Shown in pieces: positions 9,927-20,948 of a DNA stretch of 64,000 nucleotides. The notes under the pieces were generated by a model, which searched no databases, was not told where the DNA came from, and saw only the letters and a program-made list of their open reading frames with translations. Every line of letters starts with the position of its first letter. Positions within the stretch are counted from its first letter, which is position 1. The DNA comes from an uncultured Gemmatimonadales bacterium (lineage in GTDB: Bacteria > Gemmatimonadota > Gemmatimonadetes > Gemmatimonadales > GWC2-71-9), in NCBI GenBank assembly GCA_963730185.1, contig CAVSQW010000007.1:694263-758262 (forward strand), in the 5' to 3' direction. The position numbers and the translations under genes are program-made.

Positions 9927-10490
9927 ATGACCACGACGACCACTCCCCTCGAACGACTGACGCCGTCCTCCCGGCCCGATCTGGCGGCTCTGATCCCGGT
10001 CCCGCCGGCTGCTCGCCGGCGTTGGCTTCCGTGGGCGCCCATTCCCGTGCGCCTCATGCTCGGCGTGGGTTTTCTGTATCACGGGACTCCCAAGTTGTTT
10101 ACCGCGGGCGGCCATCAGCAGTTCGTGGCCCTCCTTCAGAGGGTCGGGATTCCGCTCCCTTCGGTTTCCTCGTGGGTGGTTGGGCTGGTCGAAACGGTCG
10201 GCGGCCTTTGCTTCCTGGCGGGTGCGTTCGTCGCTCTGTTCGCGATCCTCAACATTCTCAACATGGCGGTTGCAATGCTGACGGTCCATCTGCCCAACGG
10301 ATTCAACTTCATTCACATCACGGGCATGACGGATCAGGGACCGGTGTTCGGCATGCCCGGCTTCGAGGTGAATCTCCTCTATATCGCCGCGCTGGCGGCG
10401 CTGCTGATCGGTGGGGCGGGGGCGTTGTCTCTGGATGGGCGAGTCCGCGCCGCGGCGAGACGAGGTCGCCGACCCGTCGAGCCAGATTGA
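9927..10490 (+). CDS. DoxX family membrane protein
   Basis: RLMLGVGFLYHGTPKLF, ETVGGL, GFEVNLL, GAGALSLD; GGAGG RBS. Confidence 0.9.
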   Translation: MTTTTTPLERLTPSSRPDLAALIPVPPAARRRWLPWAPIPVRLMLGVGFLYHGTPKLFTAGGHQQFVALLQRVGIPLPSVSSWVVGLVETVGGLCFLAGAFVALFAILNILNMAVAMLTVHLPNGFNFIHITGMTDQGPVFGMPGFEVNLLYIAALAALLIGGAGALSLDGRVRAAARRGRRPVEPD

Positions 10491-10530
10491 AGCCCGGGCC
10501 TGCCGGTCCCGGGACAGATCACCCGGCTGG

Positions 10531-10938
10531 CTATTCGTCCCGCGCTACCAGCGACTGGGCCACCGTCAGCAGCTCGGCTGGATCGACCGGCTTCGGAATG
10601 ACCGCATCGAACAGATTCCCGCGTTCCGCCATTGAGGCGGTGTCCGAGCGGGCGCTCAGCAGGACGACCGGTACCGGCCTGGTGCCATCGTGCTCCGTGA
10701 GTTGACGGGCAATCTCGAGCCCGTTCGGCTCGGCGACCATCAGGTCGGTAATCAGGAGTTGGGGCTTCAACGCGCGGGTCGCCACCAGTCCCTCGGCTCC
10801 CCCGGGATAGGCGGCCACCCGCATGCCGCCGTGCTCGAGCACGGTCGTGAGCACCTCGCGCAAGTCCTCGTGATCCTCGATCAGGACCACCAGCGGAGCC
10901 TGAACCGGTGGGGTCGTGCTCACGGCGCTCGCCTCCAT
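10531..10938 (-). CDS. Stand-alone response regulator receiver protein
   Basis: VLIEDH, ITDLMV, NGLEI, LSA, IPKPVD. Confidence 0.88.
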   Translation of the reverse strand: MEASAVSTTPPVQAPLVVLIEDHEDLREVLTTVLEHGGMRVAAYPGGAEGLVATRALKPQLLITDLMVAEPNGLEIARQLTEHDGTRPVPVVLLSARSDTASMAERGNLFDAVIPKPVDPAELLTVAQSLVARDE

Positions 10939-10985
10939 CGTTCCGGTGACGCAGGGCAGTGGATCATCATCACCCGGATCGAGCT

Positions 10986-11001
10986 TGCAAGTCGCATACC
11001 T
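10986..11001 (-). promoter_or_regulatory. Sigma54 promoter candidate for receiver gene
   Basis: AGGTATGCGACTTGCA (GG-N10-GC). Confidence 0.55.
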
Positions 11002-11016
11002 CACCCCGGCTGGCAA

Positions 11017-11155
11017 TCAGTCGCTCGCCTCGGGCTCGGTGCGCTCGACCAGACGGGCGGCGTAAGCCTCAGGACGAATGGACCGGCCCCGGGCGCGGGC
11101 CCAGACCTCGGTGAAGATGGCCCCAAGCACGAAGATCTGCGCCGAGTAGTACCTT
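11017..11155 (-). pseudogene. C-terminal fragment of YihY/BrkB family membrane protein
   Basis: YYSAQIFVLGAIFTEVWA is the YihY C-terminal signature; N-terminus absent. Confidence 0.65.
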
Positions 11156-11620
11156 GACCAGGACGTCCGCGGTGGAGTCGTGGGGCTGGTTGGGGCGGAG
11201 GTCGACCAAGGCGAGCCGAACCAGATCCAGGCCGAAGAGCTGCCGCTGACCCTCGGCGAGGGCCTCGGCCCGGAACCGATCGCCGGTCCGGAAAGGGAGC
11301 TCGCGCCGATTGGTGGCATCACTCAGGCGCCGATTGTGGTCGACCACCACCGCGCCGATCCTGGTGCGCGGCCCAGGCTCGGTGGTCAGCACCAGGTCGG
11401 CGGTCAGGCCGGTATCGGGTTGGATCGTCCCTCCCGACTCGGGCGAATGCGTAGCCCCGGTTCTGGAGCCAGGTCAGGACTGAGGTCCGGAGGCGGGTCT
11501 GGAGCTGATCGCCAAGTCGGGCTCCGCTCTCCGGGGCGAGCGACGCCTCGAAGCTGGTCCAGAGCGGCTCGAGCGCGCTCGGCAGGTCGAGCGCTCCCCC
11601 ACCGGCTCGGCGATGGCCCG
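11150..11620 (-). pseudogene. POTRA-domain fragment of TamA/BamA-family protein, frameshifted and truncated
   Basis: WLQNRGYAFARV, EPGPRTRIGAVVV, RRELPFRTGDRF, GQRQLFGLDLV; no beta-barrel present. Confidence 0.65.
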
Positions 11621-11625
11621 GAGCG

Positions 11626-12678
11626 TCAGGGCCAGGGAGTCTCCGACGAGTTCGGCCCTGAGCCGCCAGCGTCGTGGTCCGCTCCCCGCCGCTCGCGACC
11701 GAGTCGACTCGGGTCCAGAGCCGGAGCGTGTCGTTCGCGGGCTCGAGGTGGCCTTCCGCCGTGAGCGACAGCCGGTCTAGGGTTGCCTCGGCTCGGAAGT
11801 GATATGACCCGTCGCTCGCCTCCGCGACGGCCCGGCCGTCCTGCACCCGGTAGCCGCGGACGGTGGACGGGGCCAAGGCCGGGCGAGCGTGCCCGGTCAG
11901 ATGGCGGATGTCGGGGCCCGACAGGTCGGCGTCGAGGTCGCCGGTGAGGCGCCCGCTCGCGCTTTCCGCGGTGAGAATGGTGGCCGGGTCGAGATCGACA
12001 TGGCTCCCGAGGGCGATGGCCAGCACGCCGTCGGGATCGGCCCGAACCCGGCCTTCGGTCTCCACCGTTCCTCGCTCCGGGGGTCGGACTCGCCCGGCGA
12101 ACGCCAGGGCACCGGTCGAATCGCCGTGGGCATCGACCCGGACCGCGATCGGCCGACCCCGGAGCATCGGGAAGAAGGGCGTGAGCTCGTCGAGCCCCAG
12201 CTGGATCGGCCCGGACCTCAAAGTGGGTGGTCGCCGTAACCCGGGTGCCGATGGCCAGAGGGGGTGTCCCCGCGGCCGCCACCAGGCTCGCCGGAGTCCG
12301 GAGCAGCAGGGTGTCGACGGTGAGACGACGCCCGTTCCAGGCGAGCCGAACCCGGTGCGACCAGAGGGCACTGAGGTCGTAGCGGAGCGCGAGACGCTCG
12401 GCTTGCAGCGCGGTGTCGCCGTCGGCCCGTCGGATGATGAGGCTGTCGAGCATGAGCGCGCCGAGCGGATTCCCGGACGCCCGGGCGATCCCAACCGCGA
12501 GCTGCCCGGGGAGGGCCCGCTCGAGCGCCAGACGGACGACGGCGGTGGTGACGGGAGCGAGGTGAAGTAGGGTGACGGTCGCGCCGATCAGCAGGACCAG
12601 GCCCGCGAGCACCGCGACCGTCACGCGGACTAGGGCCCGGCCGATCCGAGACGACGAGACGTCGGGATTCGCACTCAT
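11626..12678 (-). pseudogene. TamB/AsmA-like protein fragments
   Basis: N-terminal TM anchor, SGNPLGALMLDSL, LRYDLSAL, beta-strand-rich segments across frames. Confidence 0.55.
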
Positions 12679-12902
12679 CGCGGGTCCCTACCGCTCCACG
12701 GTGACGCCTCGCGGATCCGCGCGATTGCCTCGGGACGGAGCCTGGGGAAGGCAACGGCCAGCTCGTTCGCGTCCGCGGCGGCCCCCGGCTGCCGAACGAC
12801 CAAGACCAGGGTCCCCCAGTTCCGCTCGTTCCAGCCGGCCGGTGGACCGGCGAGGTGACGTTCGAGCAAGGCTGTGAGGTGATGGGCCGGACGGGCCACG
12901 CC

Positions 12903-13397
12903 TTAGTGACTCTTGACCGCCCGCTGATTGACCCGCGAGTCGGCGATCCGGGTCAGGGTCGCGTCTGCCCTCTTCTCCTCGTCCAGGGTGGCCGTCAGTT
13001 GATCGGCGGCGCGCTTCTGGCCTAGCAGTCGCGCGAAGTGGGCCGCCGTGCCATAGGCCGCCATCTCATAGTGCTCGACCCGTTGCGCCGATGCGATGAT
13101 CGCGGCGTCGCGGACCTCGGCCGACCACTGCTGGTCCACCAGGTCCTTGCCTTCGGCGAGAATCCCGCTGATGCCCTTGCACTTGACTCCGTCAAGCTTG
13201 ACGTCGAGGTCTTTGGCCACCTTGTGGAGGCGCTCCTTGTGGCTCTTGGTCTCCTCGAGGTGGCTTTGCAGGGCCTGCTTGAGCTCGCCGTCATCCGCCT
13301 GCTTCACCAAACTGGGCAGCGCGGCCAGGATCTGGTCCTCGGCGCTGGCAAGGTCTTGAATTTCGTGGGTCAGGAGTTGGTTGAAGGTTCCCGTCAT
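12903..13397 (-). CDS. YciE/YciF (DUF892) ferritin-like stress protein
   Basis: DLASAEDQ, HLEET, QRVEHYEMAAYGT, TLDEEKRAD. Confidence 0.92.
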   Translation of the reverse strand: MTGTFNQLLTHEIQDLASAEDQILAALPSLVKQADDGELKQALQSHLEETKSHKERLHKVAKDLDVKLDGVKCKGISGILAEGKDLVDQQWSAEVRDAAIIASAQRVEHYEMAAYGTAAHFARLLGQKRAADQLTATLDEEKRADATLTRIADSRVNQRAVKSH

Positions 13398-13439
13398 GCG
13401 TCCTCCGTGGTGTGATGTGAGCAAGGAGCCGTCGAATGG

Positions 13440-13455
13440 GGCAGAAATCGTTCCG
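13440..13455 (-). promoter_or_regulatory. Sigma54 promoter candidate for YciF-like gene
   Basis: CGGAACGATTTCTGCC (GG-N10-GC). Confidence 0.45.
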
Positions 13456-13533
13456 GCGGAGCTGCGGCGGTCCCGGGCCGGTCCTGAGGGAGCGGCGGGG
13501 CTTGCTCCCAGTCAGATCGTGCGACGTGAACGG

Positions 13534-13908
13534 TCACGAAACACGAGATCGGTCGCTGTCCCGGGGGCCAACGTACGGTCGCCACGAGGCCGGCGGTCGG
13601 CTGGCGCCGGTGGGGACGATCGCCACCACGGCCAACAGGAGGCTCACCAAGATGTCGTTCTGAGCCTGCGGCGGCCCGGGCCTTGGAAAGTGGAGCCAGG
13701 CCCAGGTGGTCAGTCCCCCAACGACCAGCAGGGTGCCAAGATGCGCGTGGCGATAGGATCGGAGTGCGGAGAGGGCGGCCAGGGCCAGCACCAGGCTGCC
13801 ACCAATCCAGTCGGCGAACCGGGCGCTCGCATCCGTGACCGAGCCGAGGGCGAGTGGGCTCGCCAGCAGCCAGAGGCCCAGTAGCGCCTCGACCAGACGG
13901 GGCCACAT
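13534..13908 (-). CDS. SPW-repeat membrane protein
   Basis: LGLWLLASPLALG repeat, four TM helices. Confidence 0.7.
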   Translation of the reverse strand: MWPRLVEALLGLWLLASPLALGSVTDASARFADWIGGSLVLALAALSALRSYRHAHLGTLLVVGGLTTWAWLHFPRPGPPQAQNDILVSLLLAVVAIVPTGASRPPASWRPYVGPRDSDRSRVS

Positions 13909-13911
13909 TGA

Positions 13912-14523
13912 TCAGCCGTCCCGCCGGGCCACGGCCAGCGCTGCCTCGGGAGCCCGACCCCAGAACACGTCCCAAAGGACTCGCCGGTCCCGGGTCGTCT
14001 TCCAGACGCGGGCGAGATAGCGGACCGAGGCGAAGACTTCGTCGTAGGATAGCCCGATCAACACCAGCGAGATCAGTGCAGTGACGAGGCAGAGGAAGCA
14101 CCAGGCGCCGACCGCAACGCCCTGCAGAATCACCAGGATCACGCTGACCAGACCCAAGGGAATCACGTCGATTCCGAAGAGCAGCACCAACCAGGGCCGG
14201 AACTGCCACCGGCGAGTTGAGCCCGCGAGGCTTAGGATCACCTCGGTCGAATAGGCCCAAGCGCCCAGCACGGCGTCCGGCAGCCCCAACCCGGAGCCCA
14301 TCCGCTTCGACAGGTCGGAGGTAAGCACGGCGGCCGTGCCCCGCCCGAAGACGGGATCCCAAACCCGATCGACGACGCCCCACTGATAGAGCCCCAGGTA
14401 GAGGGAAATCAGCATCGCCACCGAGGCGACCGCCGCGATGGTGAGGCGCTGACGCCAGGACGACGGATTGTAGCCGAGCCGTTCCACGGTCACCGCTGGC
14501 CGGAGGGGCGCGGGCTGACTCAT
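13912..14523 (-). CDS. Vitamin K epoxide reductase (VKOR) family protein
   Basis: [25 protein letters not shown] redox motif. Confidence 0.88.
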   Translation of the reverse strand: MSQPAPLRPAVTVERLGYNPSSWRQRLTIAAVASVAMLISLYLGLYQWGVVDRVWDPVFGRGTAAVLTSDLSKRMGSGLGLPDAVLGAWAYSTEVILSLAGSTRRWQFRPWLVLLFGIDVIPLGLVSVILVILQGVAVGAWCFLCLVTALISLVLIGLSYDEVFASVRYLARVWKTTRDRRVLWDVFWGRAPEAALAVARRDG

Positions 14524-15602
14524 CGGTCCGACGGCTCGGCCCGGGCGTCTGGAACCTCGAGGCCTTGGGATCGATACCAGGCGGCAGGGTCGCGGCGGAG
14601 CGCCGCGATGATCGTCGGGAGCGTCTCGAGCAGGTGGTGGCTCGGCGCCCAGCCAAGGAACCGTCGAGCCCGCTCGATGTTCAGGGCGTAGTGGTCGTCG
14701 GCCAACTCAATCATGAACGGCTTGATGAACGGGTCGATCCCCGGGGCGTGATCCTGGACCCAGGCGCCCACTTTCGCCAGCGTTTCGGGCACCCGGAGGG
14801 TCGGCCACTCGCGCTGCCAGATCAACTCCCCGATCCGATCCTGGAGTGTGGCATAGCTGGGGGGGTCGGCCTCGCCGATCAGGAGCGTGAGCTCCGCCGG
14901 CAGGGAGGTGCGGCGTTCGATCCCCCGAGCGATGGCGTCGACGACGTCGTCGAGATGGACCAACGACTGGCCGGTCTCCCGATTGCCGGGAAAGAGGAAG
15001 CTGGTGAGGTCCTGCTCGTAGATCCGGCGGATCTGCTGAACCAGAGTGGGTTGCTGGCCCAGGTCAGTGTAGATACCGGCGATCCGGAGGATCAACTTGG
15101 GGGTGCCGCCTGGGCGGGCGCGGATCAGACGTTCGGTCGTGAGCTTCGACTGCGGGTAGGGCCACTTGGCCTCGATCGGCGAGGTCTCATCGAGGTGCTC
15201 GCCGGGACGGACCGGGGCGTGCACCAGCATCGTGCTGGTGAACACGAATTGCTCGACTTCGAATCCGGCCAACGCCTCCAGCAGGCGTCCCGTGCCCTGG
15301 ACGGTGATCTCGTCGTATCGAGGGCTGGGCTCGCCCGAGAAGTCGTAGTAGGCCGCCAAGTGTACCACCGACGCCAGCCGACCGCCGTGATCGCGCCGGA
15401 TACGATCGAGCGCCTGACGGACGCTGGCGTCGCTGGTCACGTCCAGATAGACGAAGGCTCCCGGCGACGACCGGTCGGGCTCGGTGATATCGCAGCCAAC
15501 CACGGTGCAGGACGGCGCCAGGCGTCGGCTCAGAGCCTGGCCAATGAGACCGCTGCTCCCGGTGATGACGACTACAGGGCGATTGGTGTGCTGGTTCGGC
15601 AT
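14520..15602 (-). CDS. NAD-dependent epimerase/dehydratase
   Basis: [23 protein letters not shown]. Confidence 0.9.
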   Translation of the reverse strand: MPNQHTNRPVVVITGSSGLIGQALSRRLAPSCTVVGCDITEPDRSSPGAFVYLDVTSDASVRQALDRIRRDHGGRLASVVHLAAYYDFSGEPSPRYDEITVQGTGRLLEALAGFEVEQFVFTSTMLVHAPVRPGEHLDETSPIEAKWPYPQSKLTTERLIRARPGGTPKLILRIAGIYTDLGQQPTLVQQIRRIYEQDLTSFLFPGNRETGQSLVHLDDVVDAIARGIERRTSLPAELTLLIGEADPPSYATLQDRIGELIWQREWPTLRVPETLAKVGAWVQDHAPGIDPFIKPFMIELADDHYALNIERARRFLGWAPSHHLLETLPTIIAALRRDPAAWYRSQGLEVPDARAEPSDR

Positions 15603-15715
15603 CAGGACCTCGACGTGATGGGTGCAGGGGGCGGCGCTCCGGTCAGGGACGGCGCGTGGCGGTCCAGGGTCGGACACCATGGTCGGACACCTGGGTTCGT
15701 CTCAACTACCCGGAG

Positions 15716-15731
15716 TGCAAGCACGGTGCCG
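15716..15731 (-). promoter_or_regulatory. Sigma54 promoter for epimerase-VKOR-SPW operon
   Basis: CGGCACCGTGCTTGCA, near consensus TGGCAC-N5-TTGCW. Confidence 0.75.
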
Positions 15732-15851
15732 ACTCCGAGCTACCCGAGGCCCGCCCGGCCTTGGTCCTCACTCAGTTGTTTCGCTGGCGCCCCGACTGCA
15801 CGAAAGTGAACGGACTGCGCTTCGTCGTCGGCGCCCGGGTGTCTCGATCGC

Positions 15852-15867
15852 TGGCACATCGCTTGCG
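15852..15867 (+). promoter_or_regulatory. Sigma54 promoter for DUF296 gene
   Basis: TGGCACATCGCTTGCG, consensus match. Confidence 0.75.
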
Positions 15868-15921
15868 CGGCTCCCGGGCCGAGGCGAACGCAGCACTTAC
15901 CATCGAAAGGGAGAGCGAGCG

Positions 15922-16356
15922 GTGCATCGAATCGAGATGGCGCGACGCCCCGGCCAACGCCGCTGGGCCCTGATCTTCGAGACCGGCGAGTCGGTCGTCG
16001 ACGCGCTCGAAGCCTTCGCGGCTGACACCCGGGTTCAGGCTGCCCAGCCGACCGCCCTGGGGGCGTTCCGGGAAGCGACCTTGGCGTACTTCGACTGGTG
16101 CTCGAAGCAGTATCGAGAGCTGCCGGTCCAGGAGCAGGTGGAGGTAACGTCGCTGGTCGGCGATCTGGGGGTTGCCGCGGACGGCCCGGCCCTTCATGCC
16201 CACGCTGTGCTGGGCCGCTCCGATGGGACCGCGGTGACCGGGCATCTGCTTCGCGCGACCGTCCGTCCCACCCTCGAGGTTTTTGTCACCGAGGGAGCCA
16301 CCCCGTTGCGTCGTCGTCCGGATCCGGAGACCGGCCTCACCTTGATTCGCCCCTGA
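15922..16356 (+). CDS. DUF296/PPC domain protein
   Basis: ALGAF, EVTSLVGDL, LHAHAVLG, GHLL, PTLEVF. Confidence 0.9.
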   Translation: MHRIEMARRPGQRRWALIFETGESVVDALEAFAADTRVQAAQPTALGAFREATLAYFDWCSKQYRELPVQEQVEVTSLVGDLGVAADGPALHAHAVLGRSDGTAVTGHLLRATVRPTLEVFVTEGATPLRRRPDPETGLTLIRP

Positions 16357-16478
16357 CGACCGCGACACCCTGGTAGGCAGGCGGGTCGTGCAGTTCCGTC
16401 TCCAGCGAAACAACGACGTCTGGCGCCCGAGGCCCGCTGAGCGTTGGTCGTGCAGAGGGCGGGAGGCCTTCGCCTGCA

Positions 16479-16494
16479 CGGTACGTCATTTGCG
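16479..16494 (+). promoter_or_regulatory. Sigma54 promoter candidate for TPP-enzyme operon
   Basis: CGGTACGTCATTTGCG (GG-N10-GC). Confidence 0.65.
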
Positions 16495-16584
16495 CCCGGC
16501 CCGGCCACGAAGCGCCCGGGTCGCGGCGTGACGCCGTCGCCCGCCGGTTGGGATCGAGCCTTCCAACTCGAAAGGAGAGCGTTC

Positions 16585-18388
16585 ATGGCGAAGTCGGTCA
16601 GTGACTTCCTGCTGGAGCGATTATCGGCGTGGGGCGTGAAGCGGATCTTCGGCTTTCCCGGTGACGGGATCAATGCGATCATGGGTGCGCTCGACGCCGC
16701 AGGCGATCGATTCGAGTTGGTGCGGGTGAGTCACGAGGAGATGGCGGCGTTCATGGCCTGCGCTCACGCCAAGTACACCGGCGAAGTCGGGGTCTGCCTG
16801 GCGACGTCGGGCCCGGGCGCGATACACCTGCTCAACGGACTCTACGATGCCAAGATGGATCACCAGCCGGTGGTTGCGATCGTCGGCCAGCAGTCGCGCC
16901 TCGCCCTGGGCGGCTCCTACCAACAGGAGGTGGACCTGAGCCTCCTCTTCAGGGACGTGCGCCGACTACGTCCAAATGGCGAGCCACCCGGCCCAGGTCC
17001 GCCACCTTGTCGATCGAGCGGTCCGACGTCGTCAGTCGGCGGGGCGTGCGGTGATCTGCATCATCTCCCCAACGATGTCCAGGAGATGGATGCCGTCGAG
17101 ACCCCGCCCCGCGCGCCATGGCACGGTGCACTCGGGAATCGGTTACTCGCCGCCCCGTATCGTCCCGGTCGAAGCCGACCTCGAACGGGCTGCGGCCGTC
17201 CTCAACGAGGGCGAGCGGGTGGCGATGCTGGTCGGGGCCGGGGCGCTCCAGGCGACCGACGAGGTGATCGCGGTGGCCGACATGCTGCGGGGCGGGCGTC
17301 GCCAAGGCCCTGCTCGGCAAAGCCGCCGTCCCGGACGACCTGCCCTAAGTTACCGGCGCGATCGGTCTGCTGGGCACCAAGCCGAGCTGGGAGATGATGA
17401 TGGACTGCGACACCCTGCTGATGGTCGGGGTCGAGCTTTCCGTATTCGGAGTTTCTGCCCAGGGAGGGGCAGCGCCCGGGGGGTCCAGATCGACACGATG
17501 CCCGGATGCTCGGCCTTCGCTATCCGATGGAGGTGAACCTCTACAGGCGACGGCCAGGCGACCCTCCAGGCTCTGCTGCCCGCGCTGATCCGGAAGACGG
17601 ATCGGACCTGGCGCGACGAGATCGAGCGCGAGGTCGGCGAGTGGTGGAAGCGTCATGGAGGCGCGGGCCATGCAACGAGGCCGACCCGATCAACCCTCAG
17701 CGGGTGCTCTGGGAGCTCTCGTCGCGGCTGCCCGACGGTGCATCGTCAGCGCCGACTCTGGCTCGGTCGCGAACTGGTTCGCTCGGGACCTTAAGCTCCG
17801 GCGGGGGATGATGGCCTCGCTGTCGGGTAACCTCGCCACGATGTGCCCGGGCGTACCCTATGCGATCGCCGCCAAGTTCGCGCACCCGACCGGGTCTCCA
17901 TCGCCCTGGTCGGCGACGGCGCGATGCAGATGCTTGGCAACAACGGCTTGATCACCATCGCCCGCTATTGGAAGGAGTGGTCGGATCCCCGGCTGATCGT
18001 CCTGGTGCTCCACAACGGCGACCTCAACCAGGTCACCTGGGAGCATGCGGGTCATGGCCGGGGATCCCGAAGTTCGCGGCCTCCCAGCTGGTGCCCGACT
18101 TCCCCTACGCCCGCTACGCCGAGATGCTCGGCCTCCGGGGGATCCGGGTGGACGATCCCGCCGGCTTGGGAGCCGCCTGGGACGCGGCGCTGACCGCGGA
18201 CCGGCCGGTGCGTTCTCGAGGCGATCACCGACCCCGATGTGCCGCCGCTTCCGCCGCACATCAGCCTGGAGCAGGCTCGAAAGTACGCCTCCACCCTCCT
18301 CAAGGGCGATCCGGACGAGGGCGGGATCATCCGGCAGACGTTTCGGGATCTGGTGGCGACGGTGGTGCCCGGGCGAAGTCGTCGATGA
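16585..18388 (+). CDS. Thiamine pyrophosphate-requiring enzyme (pyruvate oxidase-like), many frameshifts (likely read errors)
   Basis: FGFPGDGIN, HEEMAAF, TSGPGAIHLLNGLYDA, SGNLATM, GDGAMQM spread over several frames. Confidence 0.88.
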
Positions 18389-19503
18389 CCGAGACGGGGG
18401 GCGGCGTCCCGATCGAGCGCCTCGAGGTTTCGGCCTACGACCTTCCCACCGATGCTCCGGAGTCCGATGGCACCCTGACCTGGGATCACACCACGCTCGT
18501 GCTCGTCGAGGTCGAAGGTGGTGGGAAGCACGGCCTAGGGTTCACCTATGCCGATCGGGCGACGGCGACCCTGATCCGGCACACGCTGGCCGAGCAGGTG
18601 GTCGGCCGCGATGGTTTCGGGACCGAGGGGACTGGCTCGCGCTCCGGCGCGCGGTCCGGAACCTGGGGCTGAGCGGGATCGCCGCCATGGCGATCGCCGC
18701 GGTCGACATCGCACTCTGGGATCTCAAGGCCCGGCAGCTCGAGCGGCCGCTGGTGTCGCTGCTGGGACCGGCCCGCAGCGCGGTCCCCGTCTACGGGAGC
18801 GGGGGGTTCACCTCGTACGACGAGGCTCGACTCCGCGAACAGTTGGGCCGGTGGGTTGGCGACGGCATCGCCGCCGTGAAGATGAAGGTCGGCCGCCACC
18901 CGGCCCGAGACCTGCAACGGGTCGCGGTCGCCCGGGATGCGGTGGGAGACGCCGAGCTCTTCGTCGACGCCAACGGCGCCTACGGCCGGAAGCAGGCCCT
19001 CGCGCTGGCCGGCGACTTCGCGAGACTCGGAGTCGGCTGGTTCGAAGAGCCGGTTCCCTCGGCCGACGTGGCCGGTCTCCGTCTGCTCCGCGATCGAATG
19101 CCGGGCACCATCGACGTCGCGGCCGGCGAGTACGGCTATACCCTCGCCGGGTTTCGCCGCTTGCTGGAGGCGGGGGCGGTCGACGTCCTCCAGGCCGACG
19201 CCACGCGCTGCCAGGGGATTACCGGTTTTCTGCAAGGTCGCGGCCCTGGCCGAGGCCTTCGGCTCCCGCTCTCGACCCACTGCGCGCCCGTATGCACCTT
19301 CACCCATCCTGCGCCACCGGCCCGGCCCGGCACCTGGAGTACTTCCACGATCACGTCCGGATCGAGCATCGGCTGTTCGACGGCGCGCCTCGTCCCAGGG
19401 CGGGGATGCTCCTTCCCGACCCGGCCCGGCCCGGCCTCGGACTCGCAATCAAGCGTCGGTACGCGGCGCGTTTCGCGACCCCACGCGAAGGGACATCGCA
19501 TGA
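18385..19503 (+). CDS. Mandelate racemase/muconate lactonizing enzyme (enolase superfamily), frameshifted
   Basis: PESDGTLTW, AVDIALWDL, KMKVG, VDANG, FEEP, AGEY. Confidence 0.88.
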
Positions 19504-20427
19504 CAGTGACGGAACGAGGCCAAGTCCCGAAGCCGCCCTTCGCAGCCGATCTGGCCCGGGCGCTCCGCGACGGTCGACGGCGAGGTTCGGTTCGATTCCG
19601 GCAGCCGGGCAGTCCATCCGACCGATGTGTCGACTATGTCAGCCTCCGGTCGGCGTCGTCGTTCCACGAACGGTCAATGCCGTGCGGCGGACGGTGGCCC
19701 TGTGTCGTCGACAATGCCGATCACCTCCGGCGGGGGAATCAGCCTGGCCGGGCAGGCCTGCAACTGGCGGTGGTGATCGACTATTCCAAGTACCTCAACG
19801 AGGTCCTCGAGATCGACGAGGCCCAGCGGCTGGCCCGGGTAGAACCGGGCTGCGTCTTGGACAACCTCCGCCAGGTGGCGCGGTCGGCGGGACTCACGTA
19901 CGGACCCGACCCTGCCACCCACGATCGCAACACCCTCGGCGGGATGATTGGCAACAACTCCTGCGGGGTCCACTCAGTCATGGCGCAGTTCTACGGGCCG
20001 GGGCCGCTGACCCGCCATCAGGTGGCCAAGCTCACCGTCCTGACGTACGACGGCGCGGAGTTCGACGTCGGACCGACGCCCGAGGCCGAGTCGAGCTGAT
20101 CATCCGTGGCGGCGGCCGGCGGAGGAAGATCTATGCCGCGCTCCGCGACCTCCAGGATCGCTACGCCGATGAGATCCGCCGTCCATGGCCCACCGACCCG
20201 TCGGCCTCGAAGGGATCGACCAGACCCTGGTCCACAACACGAGGCTCAAAGGCCTCCACGAGCGGACGCGCCCTTGCTGCCCCAGGGGCAGGGTTGGCTG
20301 CTGGTGGAGTTCGGCGGGTCCAGTCGGGCCGAGGCCGTGGCCGGGGCCCAGCGGCTCATGGCCGAGCTGGCCCGGCGCGAGGACGCTCCCCAGATGCGGC
20401 TCTATCGCGATGACGACGAGGCCTCCC
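19500..20427 (+). CDS. FAD-binding (Fe-S) oxidoreductase, GlcD/D-lactate dehydrogenase-like; partial and error-rich
   Basis: IDYSKYLN, VEPGCVLD, GPDPAT, TLGGMIGNNSCG; ends at chimeric junction. Confidence 0.8.
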
Positions 20428-20476
20428 AGCAATACGTAGTCTAAGTCAGTAGACGACATAAACTCTACGTATTGCT
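20428..20476. other. Chimeric junction: back-to-back Oxford Nanopore adapter remnants
   Basis: AGCAATACGTA (20428-38) and TACGTATTGCT (20466-76) match the ends of the ONT ligation adapter; base composition switches abruptly and both flanking genes are cut. Confidence 0.9.
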
Positions 20477-20738
20477 AAAGACCAGAGCCAATTGTGAATA
20501 GGGCAAATCCCAGATTATACAGCTTCACTCTTCCAAACATATCGGCCAATCGGCCGAATGTTAACAAAACAGAGGATGTGACTACCCAGTATCCTATGGT
20601 AATCCATACAAGCGTAATCAAAGAAGTATTCAGGTCAGCAGAAATAGAAGGGAGTGCAATAATCACTATATTTCTATCCAGAGATGCCATGAGTGTTCCC
20701 ATGGTTGTATTGCTCAGTGCTACCCATTTGTAATTCAA
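20477..20738 (-). CDS. MFS transporter (DHA2/EmrB-like), truncated at junction
   Basis: LMASLDRNIVIIALP, FGRLADMFGRVK motif A. Confidence 0.85.
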
Positions 20739-20948
20739 AACAGATTCTTTTAATTTATTGTGTAAATAGACATATACAAACGCTTCATTATTTTGACTTA
20801 ATAATTATGCTAGTTTAATCTATGGAATGGGATTGATTTTGATGAGATCTGTGATGAAATTATGATGATGTTATAACTTGGAAAAGTAAACTTGAATTAG
20901 TTAAAAAAATAAAAAAAGGTATTTGGTTTTGTCCAATGATAAATTGGA

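Noticed and set aside
1238..15809. Long antisense ORFs such as 1238..2227, 5680..6984, 8347..9750 and 14565..15809
   Set aside because: Shadow frames of real high-GC genes with no recognisable motifs
1..20427. Bacterial island horizontally transferred into an archaeon
   Set aside because: Junction consists of sequencing adapter remnants and truncates genes on both sides
16585..20427. Real pseudogenisation or programmed frameshifting of the TPP/enolase/oxidoreductase operon
   Set aside because: Dense indels near the read end with motifs otherwise intact; more likely basecalling error
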